Shown here: one piece after another, positions 16,699 through 25,222 of the stretch
How positions within the stretch are numbered: the first letter of the stretch is position 1
How the letters are laid out: each line of letters opens with the position of its first letter
Position numbers and translations under genes: made by a program
Assembly (NCBI GenBank): GCA_965231925.1
Contig: OZ246894.1
Coordinates: forward strand, 2,491,384 to 2,555,383
DNA length: 64,000 nt
From: Acidimicrobiales bacterium
GTDB lineage: Bacteria > Actinomycetota > Acidimicrobiia > Acidimicrobiales > Poriferisodalaceae
Reading direction: 5' to 3'
Notes under the pieces: generated by a model
What the model was told of the DNA's origin: nothing
Databases searched by the model: none
What the model saw: the letters and a program-made list of their open reading frames with translations, nothing else

Positions 16699-16892
16699 GC
16701 GCGCTCGCGGTCGTCGAACTCGAAACTCGCGAGGTCGTCGAGCGCTGAGGCGACACGCTCGCCCCGCTGAGCGCAGGCGGCGCGCAACGCCGAATTGACC
16801 GTGGCCTTGATGGTGTCGGTCCTCAACTCGGCCCGTGCCGCCGACAGCATCTCCTCGTCAAGATCGATCAGGTGTTTTCCCACGATCACCAA
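16689..16892 (-). CDS. vapB: VapB-type antitoxin
   Basis: 67-aa ORF with LIDLDEEMLSAARAELRTDTIKATVNSALR, overlapping vapC. Start is TTG 16892 or GTG 16889, immediately after an AT-rich box, so it may be leaderless. Confidence 0.7.
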   Translation of the reverse strand: MVIVGKHLIDLDEEMLSAARAELRTDTIKATVNSALRAACAQRGERVASALDDLASFEFDDRERAWR

Positions 16893-16920
16893 TATATATG
16901 TCTCTAGTCAGATATATACC
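16893..16920 (-). promoter_or_regulatory. AT-rich promoter/operator patch TATATATCTGACTAGAGACATATATAT (minus strand) abutting the vapB start
   Basis: Flanking TATATAT / ATATATA arms around a CTAG core. It is the only AT-rich stretch in this neighbourhood. Confidence 0.4.
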
Positions 16921-16921
16921 C

Positions 16922-16966
16922 GAGCGGCCCGGCCCGGAGCGGTCCGGCGAGCGGTCCGGCCCGGAG
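16922..16966. repeat. GC-rich tandem repeat GAGCGGYCCGGC(CCG) x3
   Basis: Read directly. Intergenic, between the mazF 3' end and the vapB promoter. Confidence 0.7.
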
Positions 16967-17150
16967 ACTGCCCGACACACCCAGACGAAGCCACAACAGC
17001 GGAAGGCGGCCACGAAAGGCAGGGACCCCCAAAGCCTGCGCAAGAAAGTGACGATGTTTGCGGGGCGGGCCGTCGGCGAACGGCACGCCGAGTTGCCAAT
17101 GCGCAACCCCTCGAACGGCGAGCGCGCCGACGCCTGGGTCTGAGCGGGAT

Positions 17151-17468
17151 TCAGCAGGCAACAGCGATGCGCAACGCATCGCAGGCGGCGGCCAAGCGTT
17201 CGGGGCTGAGGCTGCAGACGCGTTCGGTGAGGAGCGCCTTGGGAACCACCCGCAGATTGTCGAAACTGGCAGCGCATTCAACCGCCAAGCCGTCGTCGGG
17301 GCCGAGCGGCAGTTCGGTGGGGATGTTGCGCACTGTCCGCGTGAGCGGTGCGGCAACGACGGAGTGGAGCACGGGTATCGCAGCGGAGCGGGTCATGACG
17401 AGGAACGGGCGGCGACCGGCCTCTGCGATCTCGCCCCACCAGATGTCGCCGCGTTGCGGTGACGTCAC
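17151..17468 (-). CDS. mazF: MazF/PemK-family toxin
   Basis: RGDIWWGEI....RRPFLVMTR....VVAAPLTRTVRNIPTELPL pattern. GTG 17468 overlaps the antitoxin stop as GTGA (17465-17468). Confidence 0.8.
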   Translation of the reverse strand: MTSPQRGDIWWGEIAEAGRRPFLVMTRSAAIPVLHSVVAAPLTRTVRNIPTELPLGPDDGLAVECAASFDNLRVVPKALLTERVCSLSPERLAAACDALRIAVAC

Positions 17469-17719
17469 CACGGCTCGTCCTCTATGGCGGCACGCAGTTC
17501 GGCCACTGCGGCCCGATCCTCGGCCGGACTCGGTGGGCAGCGGCGGTAGCCGGCCACGATGGCCGCGTCGATCTCGCGTTCTCGTTCGGCGGCGATGATC
17601 ATCTCGATGCCCGCACGAATGGCAGCGGTGCGCGAGCGGAATGCACCGCACGTCACCAGCGCATCAAGGTCGACAAGCACGGAAGCGGGTAGCCGCACAG
17701 GCACTTGACGCGAAGTCAT
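17465..17719 (-). CDS. Ribbon-helix-helix (CopG/MazE-like) antitoxin
   Basis: MTSRQVPVRLPASVLVDLDALV... is an RHH N-terminus. The ORF extends to 17761, but that part lies inside the operator repeats. Confidence 0.7.
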   Translation of the reverse strand: MTSRQVPVRLPASVLVDLDALVTCGAFRSRTAAIRAGIEMIIAAEREREIDAAIVAGYRRCPPSPAEDRAAVAELRAAIEDEPW

Positions 17720-17740
17720 CAGCCTGAGGCTATCCGAACC

Positions 17741-17774
17741 GGGATACACAATGGGATACACATGTGACTGTCAC
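17741..17774. promoter_or_regulatory. Candidate RHH operator: direct repeat GGGATACACA x2 (17741-17750, 17753-17762) followed by the perfect palindrome GTGACTGTCAC (17764-17774)
   Basis: Read directly, 22-55 nt upstream of ATG 17719. Confidence 0.45.
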
Positions 17775-18070
17775 CTCCGAGCATCAAACGTGGACTGACG
17801 GGGTGTTCTGGGGCTCGGCGCAGTGGCGGCGCGGGCGGCATCGCCCGACGCCGAGGTGGACCGGTTCGCAGGCACCACCCGCCTCGACACCGCCATCAAA
17901 GCCGCCCTCCACACACCCAGCTCCTGAACAGGAAACCGAGACCCAGACCCTGCGGCTCGCGGGCGTCCGCACGCCCGCTGGACGCGCTGTGCGTATCGTT
18001 CGACACCGGTCGCGTACGGTTTGTGCAGACATGAACAGACACACACAGGCGATGGTCAGCGGGTCCCGGA

Positions 18071-20428
18071 TTGACTGAGATCGAACGTTTGAATGCCGAG
18101 ATCGAGATGCTTCGCTCGCGCCTGTCGGGGCTGACTGAGGCCACCCTGCGCATCAGCGAGGATCTCGACCTCGACGCGGTGCTGCAGGAGGTGGTGGACG
18201 GCGCGCGGATCCTCACCGGCACCCGCTACGGCGCCATCACCACCCTCAACGAAGCCGGGGAGCTGCAGGACGTGCTGTTCTCGGGCCTGTCCCCCGCCGA
18301 TGAGAAGGTCGTGGTGGGCTACGAGCGCGGCATGGAACTGTTCGGGTACCTCAGCGGGATGGACGAACCGCTCCGGACCAGCAACTTTGTCGCTCATGTG
18401 GAGTCGGTGGGCTTCGATGGGTTCCAGCCGCACATCGGCTCGTTCCTCGGAGCCCAAATCAAGGTGCGCGACCGCCAGGTCGGCACGATCTTCGTCGGCG
18501 AGAAGCACGACGGCTCCGAGTTCACCGATGACGACGAGGAAACCGTAGAGATGTTCGCCAGCCAGGCGGCGATGGCACTCACCAACGCCCGCCGCTACGG
18601 CGACGAGCAGCGGGCCAAGGCCGATCTCCACGCGCTGGTCAACACGTCCCCGGTAGGGGTGCTGGTGGTGGACGCAGCCTCGGAAAACGTCGTCATGGCA
18701 AACCGGGAAGCGCGCCGCCTGATCGGCATCGGGCCCGAACAGGGGCCCATCTCGGTGGCCGACTTGGCGCAGCTCAGATACAAGCGGATGGACGGCTCGA
18801 ACACTGTCCTGGAGGATCTGCCATTCGAGCGGGCACTGCACGCCGACCAGGCCGTGCAGGCCGAGGAGCTGGTGATCGTGCAGGCCGATGGCAGCGAGGT
18901 GGCGACGCTGGTCAACGCCTCGTCGATCCGGTCCGACGACGGCCGGCTGATGACGGTCATCGCCACCATTCAGGACATGTCATCGCTGGAAGATCTGGAA
19001 CGGCTGCGGGCCGAGTTCCTGGCGGTGGTCAGCCATGAGCTCCGGGCGCCGCTGACCGCGATCAAGGGCTCTGCGGCCACCGTGCTCAGCTCGCTGACGC
19101 CTCCCGATCCCTCCGAGGTGCGCCAGTTCTTCCAGATCGTCGATGAACGCGCCGACCATATGCGAGATCTGATCAACGATCTGCTGGACATGACCCGGAT
19201 CGAGGCGGGCACGCTGTCGGTGACGCCCGAGCCGGCCGATCTGACCTCGATCATCGACGGCGCGAAGAGCGCGTTCCTCGGCGCCGGGCATCATCACCAG
19301 ATCACGATCGACTCGACGCCGAACCTGCCGCGGGTCCGCGCAGACCGCCAGCGGATCGCGCAAGTGCTCCACAATCTGTTCTCCAACGCCGCTGCCAACT
19401 CCCAAGAATGGTCCACGATCACCGTGACAACGACTTTGGACGGCACGCATGTGACGGTCGTGGTCACCGACGAGGGTGCCGGCATCGCACCAGAGCGCCT
19501 GCCGCTGCTGTTCACCAAGTTCTCGCGTGCCGACCGCGACCACGATCACCGGCCGGGCTCGGGCTACGGCCTGGGCCTGTTGATCTGCAAGGGCATCGTG
19601 GAGGCCCACGGCGGTCGCATCTGGGCACACAGCTCCGGGCAGAACCAAGGCGCCCGGTTCACATTCACGATCCCCACCCTGGATGAGTCGGCTGTTGCGG
19701 TCGGCCCCTCTGGTTCCGAATTCGGCGCCGCGACCAGCGCTCCCGCGAAGGTGGAGCGCATCCTCGTGGTCGAGGACGAACCCCGAACGCTGCGCTACGT
19801 CCGCAACACGCTCGCACGGGCCGGCTACACCCCTGTCGTCACCGACGATCCGAGCGGCCTCGACGACCTCATGACAGCCGAGATGCCCCATCTCGCGCTT
19901 TTGGACCTGATGCTGCCGGGCACCGACGCCTTCGAGCTGCTCAGGCGCAACCCCAGACTGCTGGAGATGCCGGTCATCATCGTGTCGGGACGGGGCGACG
20001 ACCAGCTCATCGCCAAGGCTTTCGAGCTGGGCGCGGCCGATTACATCGTCAAGCCGTTCTCGCCCACCGAGCTGCTCGCCCGAGTCGCAGCGGCACTGCG
20101 CAGGCGAGCGCAGTCCCAGCACATGGAGCCCTACCGCATGGGCGACCTCGTCGTCGACTACATGACCCACATGGTCACCGTCGCAGGCCAGGCCGTGAAC
20201 CTGACCCCCACCGAGTACAAGCTGCTCTCGGAGCTGTGCATCAACGCCGGTCGCGCACTCAGCTACGAGCAGCTGCTCGAACGCATCTGGGGAGACGGCG
20301 CCGGCGGCGACGCCCAGCGCGTGCGCACCTTCGTCAAGGACCTGCGGGCCAAGCTGGGCGACAACGCCCGCAAGCCCACCTACATTCTCGCGGTCCCCAG
20401 CGTCGGCTATCGCGCCGCCGCCGCCTGA
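18071..20428 (+). CDS. Cytoplasmic GAF-PAS sensor histidine kinase fused to a complete OmpR-type response regulator (REC plus winged-helix)
   Basis: TTG start. GAF-like and PAS-like regions. H-box SHELRAPLT (His codon 19034-19036). N/G boxes: HNLFSNAA, DEGAGI, GYGLGL. REC: VVEDEP, LLDLMLPG (Asp codon 19904-19906), VKPF. Trans_reg_C: LTPTEYKLL...VRTFV..LR.KL...I..V..VGY. No TM segment is evident. Confidence 0.85.
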   Translation: MTEIERLNAEIEMLRSRLSGLTEATLRISEDLDLDAVLQEVVDGARILTGTRYGAITTLNEAGELQDVLFSGLSPADEKVVVGYERGMELFGYLSGMDEPLRTSNFVAHVESVGFDGFQPHIGSFLGAQIKVRDRQVGTIFVGEKHDGSEFTDDDEETVEMFASQAAMALTNARRYGDEQRAKADLHALVNTSPVGVLVVDAASENVVMANREARRLIGIGPEQGPISVADLAQLRYKRMDGSNTVLEDLPFERALHADQAVQAEELVIVQADGSEVATLVNASSIRSDDGRLMTVIATIQDMSSLEDLERLRAEFLAVVSHELRAPLTAIKGSAATVLSSLTPPDPSEVRQFFQIVDERADHMRDLINDLLDMTRIEAGTLSVTPEPADLTSIIDGAKSAFLGAGHHHQITIDSTPNLPRVRADRQRIAQVLHNLFSNAAANSQEWSTITVTTTLDGTHVTVVVTDEGAGIAPERLPLLFTKFSRADRDHDHRPGSGYGLGLLICKGIVEAHGGRIWAHSSGQNQGARFTFTIPTLDESAVAVGPSGSEFGAATSAPAKVERILVVEDEPRTLRYVRNTLARAGYTPVVTDDPSGLDDLMTAEMPHLALLDLMLPGTDAFELLRRNPRLLEMPVIIVSGRGDDQLIAKAFELGAADYIVKPFSPTELLARVAAALRRRAQSQHMEPYRMGDLVVDYMTHMVTVAGQAVNLTPTEYKLLSELCINAGRALSYEQLLERIWGDGAGGDAQRVRTFVKDLRAKLGDNARKPTYILAVPSVGYRAAAA

Positions 20429-20595
20429 CGCACAGCCCGCCTGCTGGCAGTGCAGGGCGCCTCCGGCACCTTCAGCGGCACCGACAACACCGCGCTGACG
20501 ATCCTGCCCCCGATCTCGATGGCAGCGAACGTGACCACCGCCACAACAGGACCCGACTGATCCCTGCGCCCCCAGCGAATAGCTTCGGCGGGCGT

Positions 20596-23055
20596 ATGAC
20601 GCTGCTGTCGCCGTATCGAGTGCTCGACCTGACCGACGACCGGGGGCACCTGGCGGGATTCATCCTGGCGAGGCTGGGAGCCGAAGTGATCGCCGTCGAG
20701 CCGCCCGGCGGCACGCCGGTGCGGCGGCTGGTGCCGTTCGATGCCGGAGGCAACTCGCTCGTGCACTCCCCCTATGCACGCGGCAAGAAATCTGTCGAGC
20801 TCGACATCGCCACACCCGACGGCGCCGATGCCCTGCAGCGGCTCGTGGCCGGTGCCGACGTGCTGATCGAATCAGGCGATCCGGGCGAGATGGCGTCGCT
20901 CGGCCTCGGGCCCGAAGCACTTGCCGAGATCAACCCCGCACTCGTCATCGCCTCGATTTCGCCGTTCGGCCAGACCGGTCCCAAGGCCGGCTGGGCAGCC
21001 ACCGATCTGACCGTGTGGGCAGCGGGCGGACCGATGCACATGTGCGGTGACGAAGACCGGGCCCCGCTGGGCGTTGGCGTGCCCCAAGCGTTCCTCCATG
21101 CCGCCGGCCAGGCCGCTGCAGCGGTGACGCTGGCATTGGTGGAACGCAACCAGTCAGGGCTGGGCCAGCACATCGACGTGTCGGCGCAGGCCGTCGCGAT
21201 GAACTCGACCATGTCGTCGGTGCTGTGCTCGCTGGTCGGTGCGCCGCTGACCCTGCGAGGGGGCGGCGGCATCCGCAGCGGACCCATCCGGCTGCGTGTC
21301 GTGTACCCGGCCAGCGACGGCTACGTGTCGTTCACCCATGTGTTCGGTGCAGCCATCGGGCCCGCGACGGCTCGGATGATGCAACTGGTTCACGAGGCTG
21401 GATTCTGCGATGCCGCGACCGCCTCCAAGGACTGGGTGCAGTACGGCATGGCGCTCGGCGACGGCAGCGAGACGCTCGAAGAATTCGAGCGGATCAAGGA
21501 ATGCGTGGCGGCGTTCACCGCAGCGCACACCAAGGACGAGCTGTTCGCACTGGCGCTCGAGCACCGCCTGCTGCTCGCACCCGTCGCCACCACGGCCGAC
21601 GTCGCCGCCTCCGAGCAGCTCGCCTCCCGTGACTACTGGGACGTCGTCGACGGCGAGCGATACCCGGGCCACTGGATGAAGCCCGAGCCGACCGACGGGT
21701 CCGCAGATCGAGTCGCCGAGGTAGGCGAGCACACCGGCGAGGTGCTCACCAGCCAGCGGACACCCGCCGTGTTCGCCCCAGCGGCCCCAGTCGTCACCGA
21801 AGTGCCCGCCGGCCAACGCACGCCCGCCGTGTTCGCCCCAGCGGCCCCGGCAGCCACCGAGCGCCCGCTGGCCGGGCTCAAGGTGCTCGACTTCATGTGG
21901 GCTGTGGCCGGGCCGACTGTCTCGCGCCTGCTCGCGGACGCCGGCGCGACGGTGATCCGGGTCGAATCGTCAGTAAGGCTCGACGCCGTCCGCACCTTCC
22001 TGCCCTTCATCAACAACGAGCCCGGGCCCGAGAACGGCGCGACGTTCAACAACATGAACGCCGGCAAGCTCGGCATCACGCTGAATCCGGGCACTGCGGC
22101 AGGCCGCGAAGTGGCCGCAGATCTGGTGCGCTGGGCCGACGTGGTGTGCGAGTCCTACACGCCGCGCATCATGGCTTCGTGGGGGCTCGACTACGAGAGC
22201 GTCCGCGACATCAACCCGTCGGTGGTGATGCTGTCGAGCTGCCTGTTCGGCCAGACCGGCCCGCTCGCCGACTATGCGGGGTACGGCAACCTGTCGGGCG
22301 CGCTGGCCGGCTTCTACAACATCACCGGCTGGAGTGATCGAGCCCCGGTCGGCCCCTACGGCGCCATCACCGACTACACCTCGCCCCACCCCGCAACGGC
22401 CAGCCTGCTTGCCGCCATCGACCACCAACGCCGCACCGGCGAAGGCCGCTACCTCGACTTCTCCCAGGCTGAGGCATCCATTCACTTCATCGCGCCCGCC
22501 GTGCTGGAGTACCTGCGCAACGGCAACGTCGTGGGCGGCCAGGGCAACGCCAGCAATCACTTCTGTCCCCATGGAGTGTTCCCCGCAGCCGGCGACGACC
22601 GCTGGGTCGCGGTGGTCGCACAAGACGATGCAGCCTGGCAGTCGCTGGCCAGACTTATCGGCTGCCCAGAGCTTGCCGACCTGCCGCTCGCCGAGCGTCT
22701 GGCCCGCCGGCCCGAACTCGAAGCTGCCGTGGCCACCTGGACCAGCGGCCTCGACGAATCAACCGCAGAACGACAGTGCCAAGCAGCCGGCATCGCCGCG
22801 CACCGGGTACAGAACAGCCCCGAACTGGCGATCGACCCCCAGCTCGAGCACCGCAGCCATTGGGTGGAGGTCCCGCACGCGACGCACGGCACGACGATCA
22901 TCGAAGCGCCCCGATTCGCCATGTCACGCAGCCGTGTCTGGCCCGAAGCTGCCGGACCGGCTCTCGGTGAGCACCTGTACGAGGTCCTCACCGACCATCT
23001 CGGCTACGACGCCGACCGGATCGCCGAGCTAGCAGCCGCCGAGGCCTTCGACTAG
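20596..23055 (+). CDS. Family III CoA-transferase (CaiB/BaiF) with two tandem complete domains
   Basis: Domain 1 begins YRVLDLTDDRGHLAGFILARLGAEVIAVEPPGG. Domain 2 begins LAGLKVLDFMWAVAGPTVSRLLADAGATVIRVES. The ORF's upstream extension to 20236 is Arg-rich noise. Confidence 0.8.
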   Translation: MTLLSPYRVLDLTDDRGHLAGFILARLGAEVIAVEPPGGTPVRRLVPFDAGGNSLVHSPYARGKKSVELDIATPDGADALQRLVAGADVLIESGDPGEMASLGLGPEALAEINPALVIASISPFGQTGPKAGWAATDLTVWAAGGPMHMCGDEDRAPLGVGVPQAFLHAAGQAAAAVTLALVERNQSGLGQHIDVSAQAVAMNSTMSSVLCSLVGAPLTLRGGGGIRSGPIRLRVVYPASDGYVSFTHVFGAAIGPATARMMQLVHEAGFCDAATASKDWVQYGMALGDGSETLEEFERIKECVAAFTAAHTKDELFALALEHRLLLAPVATTADVAASEQLASRDYWDVVDGERYPGHWMKPEPTDGSADRVAEVGEHTGEVLTSQRTPAVFAPAAPVVTEVPAGQRTPAVFAPAAPAATERPLAGLKVLDFMWAVAGPTVSRLLADAGATVIRVESSVRLDAVRTFLPFINNEPGPENGATFNNMNAGKLGITLNPGTAAGREVAADLVRWADVVCESYTPRIMASWGLDYESVRDINPSVVMLSSCLFGQTGPLADYAGYGNLSGALAGFYNITGWSDRAPVGPYGAITDYTSPHPATASLLAAIDHQRRTGEGRYLDFSQAEASIHFIAPAVLEYLRNGNVVGGQGNASNHFCPHGVFPAAGDDRWVAVVAQDDAAWQSLARLIGCPELADLPLAERLARRPELEAAVATWTSGLDESTAERQCQAAGIAAHRVQNSPELAIDPQLEHRSHWVEVPHATHGTTIIEAPRFAMSRSRVWPEAAGPALGEHLYEVLTDHLGYDADRIAELAAAEAFD
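21751..21870 (+). repeat. 60-nt in-frame tandem duplication in the inter-domain linker (QRTPAVFAPAAP..x2)
   Basis: CCCGCCGTGTTCGCCCCAGCGGCCCC occurs at 21763 and 21823, so the period is 60. Confidence 0.9.
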
Positions 23056-23101
23056 CGGGGCAGGCGCAGACGGGTCTGTCGCCCGTGGCTAACGTGCCCG
23101 C

Positions 23102-23725
23102 ATGGCAGCCATCGATCACATCGTGTACGCAGCACCCAACCTTGCAGCCGGGACTGCAGCCGTCGAGGCCCTGGTCGGCATGTCGGCCGCACCTGGCGGG
23201 CCTCATCCGGGGATGGGCACCCGCAACACCCTGATGTCCCTCGGCGACGACGTCTACCTCGAGATCATCGCCCCCGATCCCGAGCAGCCCGATCCGCCGA
23301 ACGGCCGCCCATTCGCCATCGACGCCATGAGCGAGGGCCGGCTCATCACCTTCGCCGTACACGCATCTGAGGGCGAGACCATCGAAGACGTGACCGCCGC
23401 AATGGCCGCCTGCGGCGAGGACCCAGGCCCGATCTCGGCGATGAGCCGGGTGAAGCCCGACGGCGAGGAGATCCACTGGTCGCTGACCATGTCAGCCGGA
23501 CCCGGGCTGGTCCCCTTTGTCATCGAGTGGGGCAACACCACCCACCCGGCGACAGTCACACCGACCGGCTGCACGCTCGTCTCGCTCGCGGGCACACACC
23601 CCGATCCGGACCACATCAAGGCGCTGCACAGCGCCATCGGCATCGACGTGGACGTGACCGCAGGCGACACCGTCACCTTCGAGGCAACGCTCGACACCCC
23701 CAACGGCCGCGTCACCCTGCGCTAG
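23102..23725 (+). CDS. VOC (glyoxalase-like domain) family protein
   Basis: IDHIVYAAPNL...GMGTRN.L..LGDDVYLEIIAPDP pattern. Confidence 0.6.
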   Translation: MAAIDHIVYAAPNLAAGTAAVEALVGMSAAPGGPHPGMGTRNTLMSLGDDVYLEIIAPDPEQPDPPNGRPFAIDAMSEGRLITFAVHASEGETIEDVTAAMAACGEDPGPISAMSRVKPDGEEIHWSLTMSAGPGLVPFVIEWGNTTHPATVTPTGCTLVSLAGTHPDPDHIKALHSAIGIDVDVTAGDTVTFEATLDTPNGRVTLR

Positions 23726-23807
23726 CCCAACGGCTGGGCGGCCCCGCCAGTTCCCGGCTTCGGCAACGACTCCACGTATCCGCTGCCAGATACTCCACCT
23801 CGTCAGC

Positions 23808-23853
23808 GGACTAACTGCCACTTTATCGGCGGATTAACTGCCACTTTGTTGGC
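23808..23853 (+). promoter_or_regulatory. 23-bp tandem direct repeat GGAYTAACTGCCACTTTRTYGGC x2 upstream of a DUF4143 ATPase gene
   Basis: TAACTGCCACTTT at 23812-23824 and 23835-23847. It is followed by the AT-rich TATAGCTGATGTTTCAATATATGATGG before ATG 23906. Confidence 0.45.
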
Positions 23854-23905
23854 GTATAGCTGATGTTTCAATATATGATGGTGCTCGCCGAACTCGGAGA
23901 GCACC

Positions 23906-25216
23906 ATGGATTCCGTCAAGATCGACCCTGGCGGCGCCGGCCCGAGCGACATCGCACCGGCCAGCTACCGGCCGCGGCTGGTGGACGAGCGGATGCGCGC
24001 AGCGCTTCGGACGATGCCCGCAACTGTCGTCGAAGGCCCCCGAGCGTGCGGCAAGACATGGACCGGACGACAGTTTGCGGCCAGCGCCGTCTATCTCGAC
24101 GAGCGCGCCAATGCGGCGCTGGCCGCGGGAATGGACCCGGCATCGATCCTCGACGGGGCGACGCCCCGACTGCTGGACGAGTGGCAGCTCGCTCCCACCG
24201 TGTGGAACGCCATGCGCCGCGCCTGCGACGCCCGCGGCCTGCGGGGGCAGTTCATCCTCACCGGCTCTGCCGACCCGCCTGACGACATCACCCGTCATTC
24301 GGGAGCCGGGCGGATCATGCGCGTGCCGATGCGCACGATGAGTCTGTTCGAGAGCGGGGAATCCAGCGGTGACGTGTCGCTGCAGGGCCTGATCGACGGC
24401 GAGGCATGCACCGCCGCCGACGCAGGTCTCTCGCTGGGCGATGTGCTCGCGCTCGCGTGCCGCGGCGGCTGGCCCCAGCAACTCGACGCCGATCTGCCGA
24501 CCGCGGCGGCCGCCGCGAGCGCCTACCTCGACGAGATCAGCCGCACCGATGTGTCGCGGGTCGACGGTGTCGAACGCGATCCGATGCGGGTGCGCCGATT
24601 GCTGGCATCGATTGCGCGAAACGTGGCCACCGAAGTGCGGCACACCGTGCTCGCCGCAGACTCCGCAGCCGCGGGAGAGCCGCCGCTGGAGCGACGAACC
24701 GTTGCGTGCTATCTCGCGGCATTGCGGCGCTTGTTCGTCGTCGAGGAGATTCCCGCATGGCGACCGCATATCGCCTCACGGGCGCAGGCCCGCAACGCTG
24801 CCAAGATCCATTTCGTCGATCCTTCGCTCACCGCAGCAGCGCTGCGGACGACCGTCGACACGCTGTTGCGCGACCTCAGCTTCGTCGGGAGGTTGTTCGA
24901 GTCGATGGCGCTGCGCGACCTGCAGGTCTACGCCGAGGCGAATCGATGCTCGTTGTCGCACTATCGCGACAGCCACCACCTCGAGGTCGACGCCATCGTC
25001 GAGCACGCCGACGGCCGCTGGGCTGCGGCCGAGATCAAGCTCGGGGGCCCCGACGCGATCGACAAGGGCGCCGAATCGCTCTTGCGGTTGCGGGCCAAGC
25101 TGGAGGGCGGCCGGACCAGTCCCCCCGCACGGCTGGCTGTGATCACCGCCACCGGCTACGCCTACGAGCGACCCGACGGCGTCTGCGTGGTCCCGCTCAC
25201 CTCACTGCGGCCATAG
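23906..25216 (+). CDS. AAA-type ATPase with C-terminal DUF4143 / PD-(D/E)xK-like module (COG1373-type)
   Basis: Walker A GPRACGKT. Walker B-like LLDEWQ. C-terminal HLEVDAIVEHADGRWAAAEIKLG (D...ExK). Confidence 0.7.
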   Translation: MDSVKIDPGGAGPSDIAPASYRPRLVDERMRAALRTMPATVVEGPRACGKTWTGRQFAASAVYLDERANAALAAGMDPASILDGATPRLLDEWQLAPTVWNAMRRACDARGLRGQFILTGSADPPDDITRHSGAGRIMRVPMRTMSLFESGESSGDVSLQGLIDGEACTAADAGLSLGDVLALACRGGWPQQLDADLPTAAAAASAYLDEISRTDVSRVDGVERDPMRVRRLLASIARNVATEVRHTVLAADSAAAGEPPLERRTVACYLAALRRLFVVEEIPAWRPHIASRAQARNAAKIHFVDPSLTAAALRTTVDTLLRDLSFVGRLFESMALRDLQVYAEANRCSLSHYRDSHHLEVDAIVEHADGRWAAAEIKLGGPDAIDKGAESLLRLRAKLEGGRTSPPARLAVITATGYAYERPDGVCVVPLTSLRP

Positions 25217-25222
25217 CGCCGC

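Noticed and set aside
17141-17160. The shared 10-mer AGCAGGCAAC near 17150 and at 51-60 as a dispersed repeat.
   Set aside because: Only 10 nt match, the flanks do not align, and this is consistent with chance in GC-rich DNA.
18005-18078. Upstream of the hybrid kinase there is a CGTACGGTTTGT motif that resembles the HNH-gene box. It is followed by a 15-codon uORF (ATG 18031 to TGA 18078) overlapping the TTG start.
   Set aside because: The similarity is short (~10 nt) with an indel, the uORF has no SD and weak codon bias, and GTTCGA nearby is in the wrong orientation for a LexA box. Probably chance.
20236-20595. N-terminal extensions of tracked ORFs (20236, 11871, 48044, 3520, 10449, 34423, 43532, 48664, 52773, 57931, 59761, 25993, 37557 starts).
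   Set aside because: The extensions are low-complexity or overlap the preceding gene. Internal starts coincide with family N-termini, SD-like sequences or ATGA/GTGA coupling.
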